A DNA stretch of 64,000 nt from positions 197,121 to 261,120 of the forward strand of contig NMRA01000332.1 in NCBI GenBank assembly GCA_002633005.1. The letters are read 5' to 3'. The position numbers and the translations under genes were made by a program. Below, in pieces: positions 39,701 to 52,200 of this stretch. The stretch's first letter is position 1. Each line of letters begins with the position of its first letter. Below the pieces are notes generated by a model. It did not search any database. It was not told the DNA's origin and worked only from the letters and a program-made list of their open reading frames with translations. The stretch is from Phoronis australis (Eukaryota; Animalia; Phoronida).

Positions 39701-41424
39701 TCTCTGAAAAAGGTTACACCAAATCAAGGGTTACACTTTAACTGACGCACTGATCACGATCATTGGGAATGTCTCATAACAAGAAATAGTTTTCAAGAGC
39801 ATAAAAATCAACCAATCAAGAACAGTGAAGGGTTAGAATTGCAGCCGTTATTGATTGTTTTGAAAATTAAAATTGCACCAAATCTCAGACAAATACTTTA
39901 CGGTCTTTAACAAAGTTATGATATCGTGCTCAACAAAAATTGTATACAGCATGCTTTTTTGTAAGAAGAGCGATTGATTTTTTACAGACACTAAGTGATG
40001 AATGACAGATGCCAATGAATGTCTTTTGTAATCCATTTTCCTTTAATTTTCAGCAGCAGAATGAAAGAATGAACAATTACAGATAGGATCAGTGTGCACA
40101 AACATGAACGACTACAGATGACATCAGTGTGCACAAACATGAACGACTACAGATGACATCAGTGTGCACAAACATGAACGACTACAGATGACATCAGTGT
40201 GCACAAACATGAACGACTACAGATAGAAGAGTTGAGCAAAATACCATATGAACTGAAAACACAACTAACAGTAACTCGTGAATTCAGGCTGGTTGAATTA
40301 AATGTAATTAAATAGTTTAATTAATGGATAACAGTTTACTTCTCTTTTTCTTTGTCTTCATTTTATCTGCAAACCAGTTCAACAGAAAGTCAACACAGGT
40401 GGACATTCTGGTCAAAATATTCCCGTATGGAAGTAAACACAAGAAGAAAATTCACTGACGCTCAACACAAGTATAGGTGACAACACATCTACATGTGAAT
40501 AACAGAACACACAAAAAATCAAGGCAAACAATTAGCCACCTGTTTAAGAAAAGTTTTACATGTACATATAAGGTACTGCTTATCATTATTACTATTATCA
40601 TTTATTATTATTATCAGTGGCTGAAAGTGTCAATTACCCCCTTTCTGCGCTCTGCCAGACTTGGGACTCTTAGCTCTAGCAGACTTTGGACTTTTGGCTC
40701 TTGAAGAGGTTCTTTCCGAGGTCTTCGAGTCAGGCCTTCCTTTGGGACTTTTAGACTGTCTACTTTTAGTTGGACTTGCAGGCTTGCTACCTTCATCCTG
40801 GAACGCAGCAGTGAAGAGTTATAGTCTTAAAAAACAACTCGGAATCATTTGAACTATAAACAGGATCTACACCAAGCAATGAAATTTAGTCGCTTCTCAG
40901 TTTAGCAAATTTTGAGAGACACAGTATGCACTAGTTATTATCTAGCATGTCAAGTTTAAGGGTCAGTATTGAACTCACCCTGCGGTAGGGAAACTATAGG
41001 TATTAGAATGCTGCATAAAGACTAGCAAGTCAGCGGAGAACATTAGATATCTAAGTTCCTGATGGAAGTACACAATTGTGAACCTAAACATATCAGAAGT
41101 AATTAGACAAAATTGTTTCGCTTATCAGATGGACAATTTTACTTGAAACTGGTGACTATCGGGTGGGTTACTATTGTTGGTGACCAGGTGGAATTAAAAC
41201 AGTGGTAGTAGGTGAAATTGGTGGCATTACCAGGAGAAAGAAAACCTTGAATCCTACGATTACCTTTAGCCAAATTTTTATCAATTACCCTTCCCCCACC
41301 CTCATTAAGTACGATGACAGCGCTTTTGTATGCCAATGACTATACTTACTGCTGTGGGTTCGGTTTTCTCAGAGTCTGGCTTTGCAGCTTCAGTTTCCTT
41401 ATTGTCAGGTTCCTGGTCTGCCAT
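15766..41424 (-). CDS. DNAI3: Dynein axonemal intermediate chain 3 (WDR63/IC140 ortholog), 23 coding exons, about 961 aa
   Basis: Exons in transcript order: 41424-41350, 40797-40638, 40366-40340 (putative), 39703-39644, 39303-39116, 38379-38275, 37319-37170, 36474-36316, 34367-34210, 33013-32902, 31799-31721, 29822-29698, 29467-29165, 28367-28294, 27252-27117, 26193-26109, 25640-25510, 25297-25234, 24826-24696, 23953-23749, 23177-23086, 21936-21814, 15909-15766. All GT-AG with consistent phases (2886 nt). Motifs: PIFLASKTQEIF, AAVSDFSPFK, EYQSFTDL, LLLEAPDDILCFKFNP, AGGCINGQVVMWD, SSIEHSHKAAITDL, LQRSPFFKDIILCVGGW-type, WSPSRPGV, LLAIGDTSGTLHVLEIPW, YFEREVKR. Confidence 0.93.
16600..17200 (+). 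mobile_element. Decayed Penelope-like retroelement 3' fragment (RT C-terminus/linker + GIY-YIG)
   Basis: Fragments TVPYIK, PVDKLRSSLVYRKDK, DGEDSYIDEIQQPLR*RMAEHQ..NHL resemble the Penelope pattern xLPYV..NTLR..LV.PKD..C.DC...YIGET.R.L..R..EH. Contains stops and frameshifts. Confidence 0.6.
18950..19900 (-). mobile_element. L1/Tx1-clade LINE ORF2 3' fragment (zf-RVT), frameshifted
   Basis: TKDTKLGWFQYRLIHRVLPTNNYLHKLKIKTSDLCYF..SETFLHLFWECRLVSGFW, with upstream DFFNAEGSFMSYEEL. These are typical Tx1/L1 ORF2 C-terminal motifs. Confidence 0.85.
19901..21144. mobile_element. Helentron-associated interspersed element (HINE/pearl/DTC84-type) with internal tandem core repeats
   Basis: One end aacaagag with the hairpin caacgc-gga-gcgttg. 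About 3 diverged core repeats of ~380-420 bp. (ggac)n microsatellite at ~21083-21097. Hairpin atgcgtccaca...tgtgggcgcat (21110-21139), then an aaaaa end. Confidence 0.75.
27830..28069. repeat. 21-bp minisatellite, about 11 copies
   Basis: Unit acagaacggatgctgtacatt; intronic in DNAI3. It explains several spurious repetitive ORFs. Confidence 0.95.
28719..29075. repeat. 50-bp minisatellite, 7 perfect copies
   Basis: Unit aacacaatgacaaatagttctttatttcaattaaaatgtgactaaagtag. Confidence 0.95.
31990..32367 (+). repeat. Dispersed repeat related to 9750-10095
   Basis: Collinear shared blocks with 9750-10095. The adjacent 31935-31980 resembles the reverse complement of ~17425-17470. Confidence 0.5.
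34451..34992 (+). mobile_element. Non-autonomous PIF/Harbinger deletion derivative (542 bp) with a CAG TSD
   Basis: ~33-bp TIRs aagcgtgttcaa(c/t)agagtgagc.cccgc.agcg; cag on both flanks. Internal RIENYVEETVPRYSDPQLKLQFRMSRSTFE followed by a gt donor resembles the Harbinger transposase N-terminus. Confidence 0.8.
36896..37114. repeat. 32-bp minisatellite, about 7 copies
   Basis: Unit tggtacagatttgggctatgagacaaatc(t/a)ct. Confidence 0.95.
37899..38104. mobile_element. Possible ~205-bp MITE
   Basis: Imperfect inverted termini ttacaattggtctcaa and ttgagaccagttttgtaa. Confidence 0.35.
40088..40224. repeat. 35-bp tandem repeat, about 4 copies
   Basis: Unit atcagtgtgcacaaacatgaacgactacagatgac. 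Confidence 0.9.
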
Positions 41425-42024
41425 GGTCAAGTTGACTGAAAGAGACGCTGCATTAGGCAAAATATTGAAACTCAAGATGTGCGTGAGACAGTTGTCTCTC
41501 CAGTCCAGTTATGTAAGATCATTACCCTCTAATGATGGGCTCAAGCTATATCTACTACATTTAGCAGTAGCCCTTATCAGGTCATCTGTTTTGGAACAGT
41601 GTCTGACTGCAGGAATTACTTTCCACCAAGAAATACATGTCCTACTAAGAAACTGGTCACATCAAGATACTGTTGTTATTTGTGGGCCAATTGTTGTGCT
41701 TCAAACATGAAATTTGGAGGTTTTCAGTAAGTAAGACATATATTATGCACACACTTTTAAACACAGAATAACAATACTTCAATACAGATAAGCAAGTGGT
41801 TTGTAACCAGTGAATCGAAAGAACCAACATGCTCAGCATGCCACCCTCTCACAAGCACTGGGGATAACTGAGGAAAGTTGGTATATATGAATGAGATCAA
41901 AGGAAACCTCGCTGGCCATGAGCAACGTGCGTTTTCCTTTTTTACACCTGCTCCTGAGCCCCTCCTTATACCGCCTTGTGACACCCATAGCATTATACAA
42001 CTGTGCAGGCATTATCCTGCAAAC

Positions 42025-42156
42025 AGCCTGTATGACACAGCATATATTTCACAACACCAGTGTCACAACATGTATTCAAGCATCAAATATAGCCTGTATG
42101 ACACAGCATATATTTCACAACACCAGTGTCACAACACGTATTCAAGCATCAAATAT
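42025..42156. repeat. ~66-bp tandem duplication
   Basis: agcctgtatgacacagcatatatttcacaacaccagtgtcacaaca(t/c)gtattcaagcatcaaatat occurs twice. Confidence 0.85.
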
Positions 42157-43534
42157 GTGGCAATAAAAAGAAACCGATTTTCATCTCATGAGCTTTTTAT
42201 TTGACATGCAGTTTTTTATTCATTGAAAACATAACATCTAATTAAAATTCAAGTTGAGTTCAAAGAGTGCTGAGAAGCATTATATATTTGAGTCATATTA
42301 TTGAGTGCTTCAACATCTGTTTAATAGTACTGTTGTCAAAGTTGTCAAAAAGTTGTTGAAATTTGTACGACTTCATAGCAGTTATGGAAAAAACAGAAGG
42401 AAATCATTGAATGAAAAATTAAACATAAGAGACAATTAGCCAGAATTCTTGCTTTAAGCTTTTGCCACATTTTGATAAGAGAACATTCAGTCAATGTGAC
42501 TGCTAGCTTATATGCACCTTCAGGCACTGATTTCTTAGTAACACGATCATTTACCAGCATACCAATTTGGGGTATTTGGAGTTGAACTTTGACCTTTCAG
42601 CTAAAAACAAGGGTTCTGAAATACAAGTTAAATTCCTACACTCACAATTTGCACATCAATGTAATGTGCAAGGCAATTTGGATCTCTCAAACTTTTGTTA
42701 ATCCTTGAAATTACAGAAATATTTGGGGGGGATAAATTAAGGCTTGGCATTTTTCAATAGATTACACTGGCCAGTAAACCAATCTTAAGGTCAGGAAGCG
42801 CTTGCTCTCAGTGTTAGAGTTTGTCATTGAAATTTCACAGTGGTTTGGGGACTTAAATGTTTAAGGAGGGGCTATGTTGACACTTACTCTTTGTTCTTAG
42901 TGTTGACTGGAGATATTTGGATTTTTCAGTCATCAAAATTACCCTGGTTTCAGGAGTTTAAAATTAAGTTGGGAATTTAGAGTCTCGATCCCCATCAATC
43001 TTTCTGGATCCCTTTTGTGCTGGTTACGATAAAACAATGTGTGGAATGTGTCGGGGAATTCAGTCCTTTCAACCTGTGCATTTTTGTCATTTAATAAACA
43101 AACCACGCACCAGCATCTTAAAAGACAACTATTGTCTACCCTTGTAGTATTACTTCACTACCCGAATGAAATAAGCACTCGCAAGGTCTACAGCCATACA
43201 AGAAGACTGACAAGACAAAATTATGGTATGGTGACCACTGAAGTGTTCTGTCTTGCGTTCAACACCTTAGCCCTAAAGTAGCCCTGTGCGCTGTGTTGAG
43301 CACTGTAACTTCTGATATCATATCCCCTGCAGTGTAAAAATGGCCACTTACCGATTGTGGGAACTGAACGAGGAACTGCTCGAAGAAAAAGTTTAGGGAT
43401 GCGAGTTGGAAGGAATTAAATAAATCGACGAGCTCCTATTAGTCCTTCTATGCGTAAAAGTTATTTATAGCAATGTGACTTTGATGTTTCAGTCAGTGTG
43501 AGGCATAATTCACGGAAAAGCTTCCAACATATGA

Positions 43535-45472
43535 AGTTCCTATAGAACAGGCATCCTCAGCTTCTGATCGCATGGTCTAAAGCTGCCAAAAGCAACACAG
43601 ACAACTTAGCCAGGGTCCAGAATACTGGTCTGTGCTTAATCACAGGAGGCATGAAGACCACCCCCATCACGGAAATAGAGAAGATGGCAGGCTTAAGGTC
43701 ATTGGAAGAAAGATGGGATGAGAAACTCCTGAGACAGGGCGAAACGATGAAGCGGCTTCCATCACATTCACTGCACTCCAAACTCCAAGCCCCGACCAAA
43801 AACCGCATCAAGAGGCAGAGCCCAAACCACCTCATCAAGGCACTTCAGCAGAAACACCAACCTCTGCTTTCCTCAATCAACCAACCACAAGCAATGCTCC
43901 AAGACTTTGAAGAATGGTCCCTGGACGTTCCCCACATCATTCTCGACACCCCTGGGATTGAAGCAAAGCATACACAACTGGAAGCAGTCCTGATGGCCCT
44001 CACCCTAGAAACCCTAGACAGAGACTATCCTACCACCACCTGGACCCGAGTTTATACAGATGGCTCTGTAGAGAATGCTGTCAGAAATGGGGGAGGTGGG
44101 GTATTCATCAAATACGCAGGCGGCAGCACTCTGCGCAAGTCTACTGCCACGGGCCTTCACTCTACCAACTACAGAGCTGAGACAAATGCCCTATACCTTG
44201 CAGCCCAGATACTCAACCAGCAAACGAGGCTTATGGATCAGACAGTCTTCCTCACAGACTGCCGATCTCTTCTGCAGAGCCTCCAGACAACAGAGCGAGA
44301 CCAGATCCTGCAATCCATCAAACAAGAGATGCACATTCTCAGCAGCAAAACCAGTGTTGTGATGCAATGGATTCCCACTGCAGCATCAGCCGCAATGAGG
44401 AAGCAGACAGAATCTCCAAGGCAGGAAGCAAACTGGAGCAGACGTCGCACCCATCATCACATGGAGAAATAACCCTCCTACGAAGTCACTTTAGAAATGC
44501 CTGGAGGCACACCTACATCTGGGGACTGAAGAAGACTATATCCACCAGATTGACCGGCAGGAACAAGTCACTATCTTCCGGCTAAGAACTGGCCACTGCC
44601 AGCTGTTCTCCCACATGCATCGCCTGAAAATCTCTCACACAGACGAGTGCCCCCACACACCTGAGCATTTACTGCAGAGCTGCCCTAGATTCGATTCCCT
44701 AAGGCACCAGACATGGCCCAGTCCGGTGGAATTCAAGAAAAAACAGAGGAGCCCGACGGCATCATTACGGCGAACTGCAGACTTCACCCAAAAGACCAGA
44801 CTGACTATCTAAGCTACATGGCCAGGAATGCTGAAGAAGAAGATCGCGTCCCCATTGTCACCACATATAATACTTATATAAGGTATGACATTCGAGACTA
44901 GAAATTTCACGGGTGCTTCGATTCCGCCGTCCATATCAAACACATAACTCAATAAATTTACACAAAACAGGGGTTCAACAAACCAAGAGAAATTGTCCTT
45001 TCTTATAATAAAATTCAGTGTCCTGCTCCAGCGAGTTCGCAAAAATCCCAAACACACTTTGCACTTTGTCGGTTTGAGGTCAAGGGCAGTACAGAAATTA
45101 CCAGTGAATTATAGATGGACGGCATTATCGCGGACATCGTGACTTTATGAGACAAACCGGCAATTTCAGTACGATCCTTGAAATCGAACCGACAAAGTGC
45201 AAAGTGTGTTTGGGATTTTTGGGAACATTTTTGTGCTTTGACAGCGAATTTCTTGCGAACTCGCTGGAGCAGGACATCGTGAATGGTATTATCAGAAAGA
45301 AATTTCTCATTGTTTGTTGAACCAGTTTTGTGTAATATTATTGAGTTATGTGTTTGATGTGGATGGCGGAAGAAGCACCCGTGGAATTTCTAGTCCCGAG
45401 TGTCATACCTTTTAGTATTATATGTAGTGTATTGGGGACGATCAGCTGAGGACGCCTGTATCCTATAGGAAC
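43535..45472. mobile_element. Foldback/MITE-like element with long (~300 bp) imperfect inverted arms, left arm interrupted by a LINE
   Basis: 43535-43563 plus 44843-~45110 is the reverse complement of ~45160-45472 (e.g. agttcctatag..catcctcagct vs agctgaggacg..ctataggaact; aatcccaaacacactttgcactttgtcggtt vs aaccgacaaagtgcaaagtgtgtttgggatt). Confidence 0.75.
43572..44841 (+). mobile_element. 5'-truncated I-group LINE (Nimb/Ingi-like): RT C-terminal region + RNase H + decayed CCHC, (GAA)n tail, TSD GATCGC
   Basis: LARVQNTGLCLITGGMKTTPITEIE, RVYTDGS, STNYRAE, VFLTDCRS, MQWIP/SHCSISRNEEAD (frameshift), FRLRTGH, TPEHLLQSCP. Ends gaagaagaa. gatcgc at 43566-43571 and 44842-44847. Confidence 0.9.
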
Positions 45473-45700
45473 TACTCCGTCTCTATGTGTACAGTGTAGA
45501 TGACGGTGGTTATTTTCTGTTGAAAACCATGTTTGCAAACCGCATCGTTCACGTTTGACATGGTCAAGTAGTTTATACATAGTACTTGTGAAAATTCACC
45601 TCAGCAAAATATCACAACAAATTGCAGAAAATATTTTGCACCATCGCTGTAATGATATGGTATTCTCAATTCAAAACTTCAAAACTACAAATATCCGTAC

Positions 45701-45960
45701 CTGTCGGCTTGCCGGAAGTACTGGTTACTAAGATACTTAGCGTAACTGTAATGACAGTTCGAAATAATTTATATCGATTCATCGTATGAAAAGATTATAA
45801 AAGTTGTAGTTCTAAGCTCTATGGTGAAATTTCAATAATCTATTGTTACAGGAGAGCAATAATAATCTCTTTCATATGTTTTTCTGTTTAATCGAATAGA
45901 CCAAACTTTACTTCGCCAGAGTACAAGAGTCGGGAAAACCCATTTCCGGGGAATTCCGCG
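45701..45960. promoter_or_regulatory. Candidate bidirectional promoter for DNAI3 and GTPBP3, with a candidate DNAI3 non-coding first exon
   Basis: Minus-strand donor cag|gtacgg at 45701/45700. ETS motifs ccggaagt (45712-45719) and atttccgg (~45942-45949). RFX X-box-like GTTACTAAGATAC at 45724-45736. Lies between the divergent genes. Confidence 0.5.
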
Positions 45961-46286
45961 TGATGTCTCGTCAGTGAAGCGGTTACTGAAGACTCACACT
46001 AATTTGATTTAAATCCTTTTCAGTTTCGTAGAAAGTTTTTACGAAGAATTGGTCCATGTGTCATGTTGTAAACCCTACGATGATGTGGCAAAATTGCTAC
46101 TAAAGAAGATGAGAAGGTGACAGACGTCGTTGGTACTGACGCTGGGAACTGGGCCAGCGCATTCAGAACAGTTTCATTCTTGACCAACCTGGTCCTGTCC
46201 ATTTAACTCGTGTTATTTGCTGTTCCATCAGTAAGGTTGTCAGATTCATAATTTGCATATTCACAAGTTTATGGCTGCAAAAAATC

Positions 46287-49200
46287 ATGTTCAAAATCGG
46301 AATGCTGAGGCGCCATCTGTCAATGTGTTTAATCAGAGGCACTGTTTTCAGAAGACAGTACTGTGGGGGTGCAAAATGGTTCACCGTGCCTGGACCAATT
46401 GGATCTCATCCACTGTTGTTCCCAATATGCCTGAAAGATCATTTCTTTTGCAAAGCACGCCTTAGACATATTAGAACAATGAAATGTGATGCCCAATCTC
46501 GGCACTTCTTGAAATTCAATTTATCAACAATTTATGCCTTGTCGTCTGGCTATGGCAAATGTGGTGTGGCAGTTATTCGTGTTTCTGGACCACAATCAAG
46601 GACTGTGCTGGACAAGCTATGTCACCTTGTACAAATCCAGCCCAGGAAAACAGTTTTGACTAGAATCTGTGATCCAGAGACTACTGAGGTGTTGGACAAA
46701 GGATTGGTGGTTTATTTTCCTGGTAAGTCACAATGTGTTACAAATATCAGTTTTGAGAAGATGCTAAACAACAATATCTTCAATTTGTGTGCATTTTTCT
46801 AACTTGATTTGAGCCATATTGGTTTAAGTTTATAAATGCTTTGAAACTTAATCTTGGAGTCACTTATAAATCAGGCACCATGAATTCCGCTCTCAGCTGT
46901 TAAAACTTTGTGCATACCTGTATAAAACTGGTTAACCAAGAACATTTCATTTGATTATGCAGTGTGAATTATGTTTTTTAAGAACATTTGTCTTTCTTAG
47001 GTAGCAGTATGATTTCTTTTTGCCACTTTTGTTGAATTGTATTTCCACTTCAGCCCCAAACAGTTTCACAGGGGAGGATTGTTGTGAACTTCACATACAC
47101 GGTGGCGTTGCTGTAGTTTCTGCAGTACTAGCAGCTCTGGAAAGTCTTCCTGGTTTGAGACATGCTGAAGCTGGAGAGTTTACAAAAAGGTGACTGTCCA
47201 TGAAGGAACTTGTTAGCAGTAGCTTTTGTAAAGAACCAATTTTTAATGAGAATTCAGTCATAAAATGTCCTTTAGCTCTGTGACTGATTTTTTGCCCATG
47301 AATTCTGAATTCTCTTGGGTTTGTCTTGCGTTTATACCAACATACATTCAGTTACCTTTAAACGCCTCCACTTTGATAGCACGGCAGTATTTTGCTCAAG
47401 TGGAAGTAACTAAGGGTTTTCATGTGGGTAGTTTTTGGATTCTTCACAAGAAAATTTGATTCATTCGTGTTGAGTTAGTCATGTTTACCCTGACTTTGTT
47501 GCTGTATACGACTGCATTCTCTTTTAATACAACATGTTGTGGAATTTTAGGTTATATCCCAGCTTTAGCAATCACTGTGATTATGGAAAAGATAGAACTC
47601 TTACAAGTACAGGATTTGGTTCGGTACTATTCACTGTGTTTAGCTCAAACAATCTTCTTCAGGGCTTTTCAGAATAGGAAGTTAGACCTGACTGAGGTCG
47701 AAGGTCTCAGTGACCTCATTCACGCAGAAACTGAACAGCAGAGAAAGCAAGCTCTAAGACAAATGCAAGGAGAGTTGAGTCAGCTCTACACCAGGTGGCG
47801 CAAGCAGTTGATGAAGGTATTTGGTGATGGTTGCAGAGTAACTAGATGTTGTATCTCACAACTTCATAAACACATAAACAAAATAAGTTTGTGACTCTGA
47901 GGCAACAAGCACGCCCAATTCATTTATGTTTTGACATGGTTCATATGAAGTTAGCATAATGGGTTTGGTGTTAAAGCTGATTTCGTGAAAATAAAAACTG
48001 TAATTTGATTTGTTTTGAGGCACCTACACAGGGTGAATTGTAGCTTTAATTTTTGTGCCTGTGCTTTTTCTTCCCATTTTCATAGTTGAACAACTCTTTC
48101 AACTTTGCTTGCATCAGAATATATCTCCTCCACTGATGTTCTAGCCAATAAAAATACTTACTAAGAAAGCTCGTATGGAGAGCATTAAACTTTGTCAACT
48201 GGTTTACAGGTCCACCATAGTGTGATTTCACCTGTGAGTAAATTGAAAAATTAATATATCCCTCTAGCACAGGCAGGAATCTTGAATTCTGTGATTCTAT
48301 TTCATGTGTAATTACCAGATATGGCCCATTGATCAGTTCTCATGAGGCCCTCTCCTATTCAAAATTCACTAGCATTCTTTGTGATGGATATTAAGATCAT
48401 TCAGAGCAGCACTCTATTGTTCCATAGGAATATTGAATTCTATCTCTCAATCTCATACAATGTCATTGCCAGATATGGAGCATTCCTCTGCTGCAGCTTC
48501 ACACTTCACATCAGGTCTTCAACTATTCAAACTTCACCAGCATTCTTTGGGATGGGTATTAACTAGAACATTGGGATCTGTACTCTGTTGTTGCCATAGG
48601 CACACAAATGGGACCTCCCTCAGTCAGCTATTGTGTTGTTCTTTTCACTGATTTGTATCTTTGTGTCCTAATCTCCAAACAAAAACCCATTCATAAAACT
48701 CCACTGTTGAATGCAGCTATTGAGATCCCAACGTGCAAAATACATTCAGCTTGGCCATGGGGAAATAACAATGTGGAACCTAATGTCACTGACATTTTGA
48801 TGAAGCGAAGTGTATATTTTTCATTGTTTGAACAATTGTTTTTATTTTTTTAAATTAATCCTGAATACTAACAAATTAATCCTGCACCATTTCCTTTCTC
48901 CTTTATGAGGTTTCTGAATTCCTTCAATTGTTTTTTTTAAGTTAACTGCACATTAATGAGCAAAGCAAAGACATTGGCTTGAACATCTTGATGATGCTGA
49001 GAATTGTTCTTGGGTTGCGGAAGTCAGTAAAAGCTCTTAGTTTACCATTTGACCATGGAAACACCTTAGTGTGCGATTTAGCATCTTGACCAATCCAACA
49101 ATTAAATTTGGCCTTTTCATTCTTTATTTCCAGTGTGTAGCAGACGTCGAAGCCTTCATTGATTTTAGTGAAGATGAGAACATCGAGGAAGGAATATTGG

Positions 49201-52200
49201 ATGATGGTAAATCATGAAAATAATTATACAGAATGCATCACTGTTTTCATCCAACGCGTCAAAGCTCTTATCGCACTTGAAGTAAATTTTACTTTCTTGG
49301 TACTTTGATAGCAAATCACCTGTGTGTCTTCCAATATGTTTAGTATGAGCTACACCTGCGATAATATACAAATGAGCCAAAATTTTGTTGTTAAGTTTAC
49401 CAAGAAATAAATGGATTTAGTTATGACTGGGGTATTTAACTTGTTTGGGAGGACACTCTTGTGAGTGCTTTCTATATATTCTGTCATTAAACAGAGACAC
49501 TGAACACACCTTATGATTAAGACGTGGCATATCTGATCAGTGACCTTGAGAAGTCATGCTTTCATAGACAAGTAACGACATCTTCACTCAAACTTAAAAA
49601 ATGCATTAACCACCACTGACTGCAAAATATTCCCACTAGCTCTAAATTCATGCTAGTTCAGAATTATTTTGTCAAAATGATATGACCATTACAGTGTCTG
49701 TTGAATTTAAAATGTTTTTTTTTTTGATTTTTATAGTCCAGATTTTGCTACTTTCCAGTACAAGTTGGCATCCAATCTCTCATTGGTTCCATTGATCAAC
49801 ATCTAAATGACAAGAGGCAAGGCGAACGCTTGAGAGATGGTGTTCATGTGGCCATTATTGGCAAACCTAATGTTGGCAAAAGTAGCTTGTTGAATATTAT
49901 TTGTAAGTACATAGTGTGAAAAGCAGTACGAATATTGACATGCTTCATTTTGTTGTATGAAGTAAATTGGGAGCCCCATTTATGTTTAACACACGGCCTG
50001 ATTTTTGTCTGACCCATCGTCAAGTTGACTACACCCAGACAAGCAACGGTCTGTTAGGATTTGTTTAGGTCGGTCCCCACTAGGGTAGTTAACTGAATCA
50101 CAAGGCCATGATAAGTCTGTGATGAGGCATATTTCTTAAATTATTGTGGAAAATATGTTTTAATCGACTTTTTTGCACAAGCTTTTATCCTGCTGTTCAC
50201 TTNNNNNNNNNNNNNNNNNNNNNNNNNNNNNNNNNNNNNNNNNNNNNNNNNGGGGGGGGGCAGGGCAGAGTATAGCCATGATTTTGCCCATGAGACAGTC
50301 GCATCCTTGAACTTCCAAATGGAATCTGGGAAAATTTTTAGGGGGGCCATGACCCCCTTTGGCCCTCCTTAAATCCACCTCCGCATAGTGCATCCAAAGT
50401 TATGACATTGTGCAGTGCAAGTTTACATTAATTGTCTATAAATGTCTGTGCATCATATTTGACCTATTTTCGGCACTGTGTTGTAACAAGGTTTGGGCTC
50501 AATATCTCATCAGGTCAGAGACCAGCTGCCATTGTGTCTCCCATCGCGGGTACAACAAGGGATGTGGTAGAGACAGCTTTGAACATTAATGGCTTTCCGG
50601 TGTTACTCAGTGATACTGCAGGCTTGAGAGAATCCCAGGATCAAGTGGAAATGGAAGGCATTCGCAGGGCTGTGCAAAGGTGAGATCCATCTTTGACTAC
50701 AGATTTATTTGTTAAGCACAACCCACAGCCACTCACAGAATCCTCCTGAGTATTGGCTTAAGGGTGCAATAAACTTGGCCTTCTTTCAAAAATCAACTTT
50801 TGATATTGGCTACTAACCGTTATAAGTTAAAGCAGTAGTCACTTACAGGCATATGGGATTTAAGAACCAGTTTGTTTCCCGTTATTCAGTGATTAGGAAG
50901 CGGGTTCTCAAAATCCCTAACCCTTTGTACAGTACAAGACAAAAGTTGTAAGACAAAATACACTCCAGCTATCATGTCTGGTAACTCCAGGTAATTTTGT
51001 CTGAATACTTTTGGCATGTATCATTATATGTCAATGAAATATTAGTCTCGATTTGTTCTTTATTAAAATTGGAAATGATTTCTGAGTGTGAGAAAAACTT
51101 GAAGGTCGTTATTTCTTCAGAGTACCATGCCTCATGACAAATGGCACTTGGTTTATAACCCTTAGTGATTAGCCCAGTATGCTGCTCGCCCAGCAGAATT
51201 GATGAAGCAGAATACTGGCTGTGCACTACTATCTAGTTTTAAGTTATAAAAGTTCCATTTCTTGTTCTATTTTCTAAATTCAAAAACCTAGTATTAACCA
51301 TGTGTGTGTTTTTCACTAACTATTCAGACAAGTGTACTTTTAAAAACTTTCAAAATGAAAATTCAAAAAATACTATTGTCACCATCAGTGTTTACAACCA
51401 TGTTGATTATGGACAATTTTAATTTCCAGGGAATAATAACGTCAGCTGAAGGTGGATATATTTTTTTTGAATATAGCAACTTATTTTAACGTTGACAATC
51501 TGGTCAAGTAGGTCAAACTCAACCGATGTTGGAGTCAATATAAAATAGTATAATATTATACAGTATTAAATTCCTAGCTTGCTGTGCAGTTCTGCATCCA
51601 GCGTACTTCTCCTGTAACCCCCATGTTTTTGTTAGTGACTCAACTTTAGTGTAACCATTTTGCCTCTGTATAAGTGAGGATTTATCTTCCTATAAGAATT
51701 GTTGCATTGTTCAATAATGTGAACTTCATCCTAAAATTTTACAATTATTATTTAATGAAGTGATAGTAGAACAAAGTTCTAAAAATGAAACTTTATGAAA
51801 TGTTTCTTTAAATTATGTTTCAGAGGTGAACAAGCAGACTTGCAAGTCATTGTCCTTGATGCCCCTGAATTAGCTGAAGATCACCATTTGAAGATGCTTG
51901 CTTCCCAGGATGACTTTGTAAAAATATATTTGTCGCATCTTGGATTTGTGAATTCTGACCCTCATCAAGAGAGATTAATTGTTGTCAATAAAATAGACCT
52001 TTCAAATGGCATGGACTCGATGCCAAATTTTATGAAACATGGTACATGTCATGTCTCTTGCAAGACGGGTGACGGCTTGGACAACCTCTTGACTATCATT
52101 TCGGAAAAAGTCAAGGAAATGTAAGTGATCTTCAGTGTTCTGCTCGTCATCTTTAAGGAAGAAGTTAGCTTTGCATTGAAGGCACTCACAGCGCTAATTA

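Noticed and set aside
41330-41710. 126-aa plus-strand ORF
   Set aside because: It is antisense to the first DNAI3 coding exon and has no recognisable motif; the same applies to most other short ORFs in the track.
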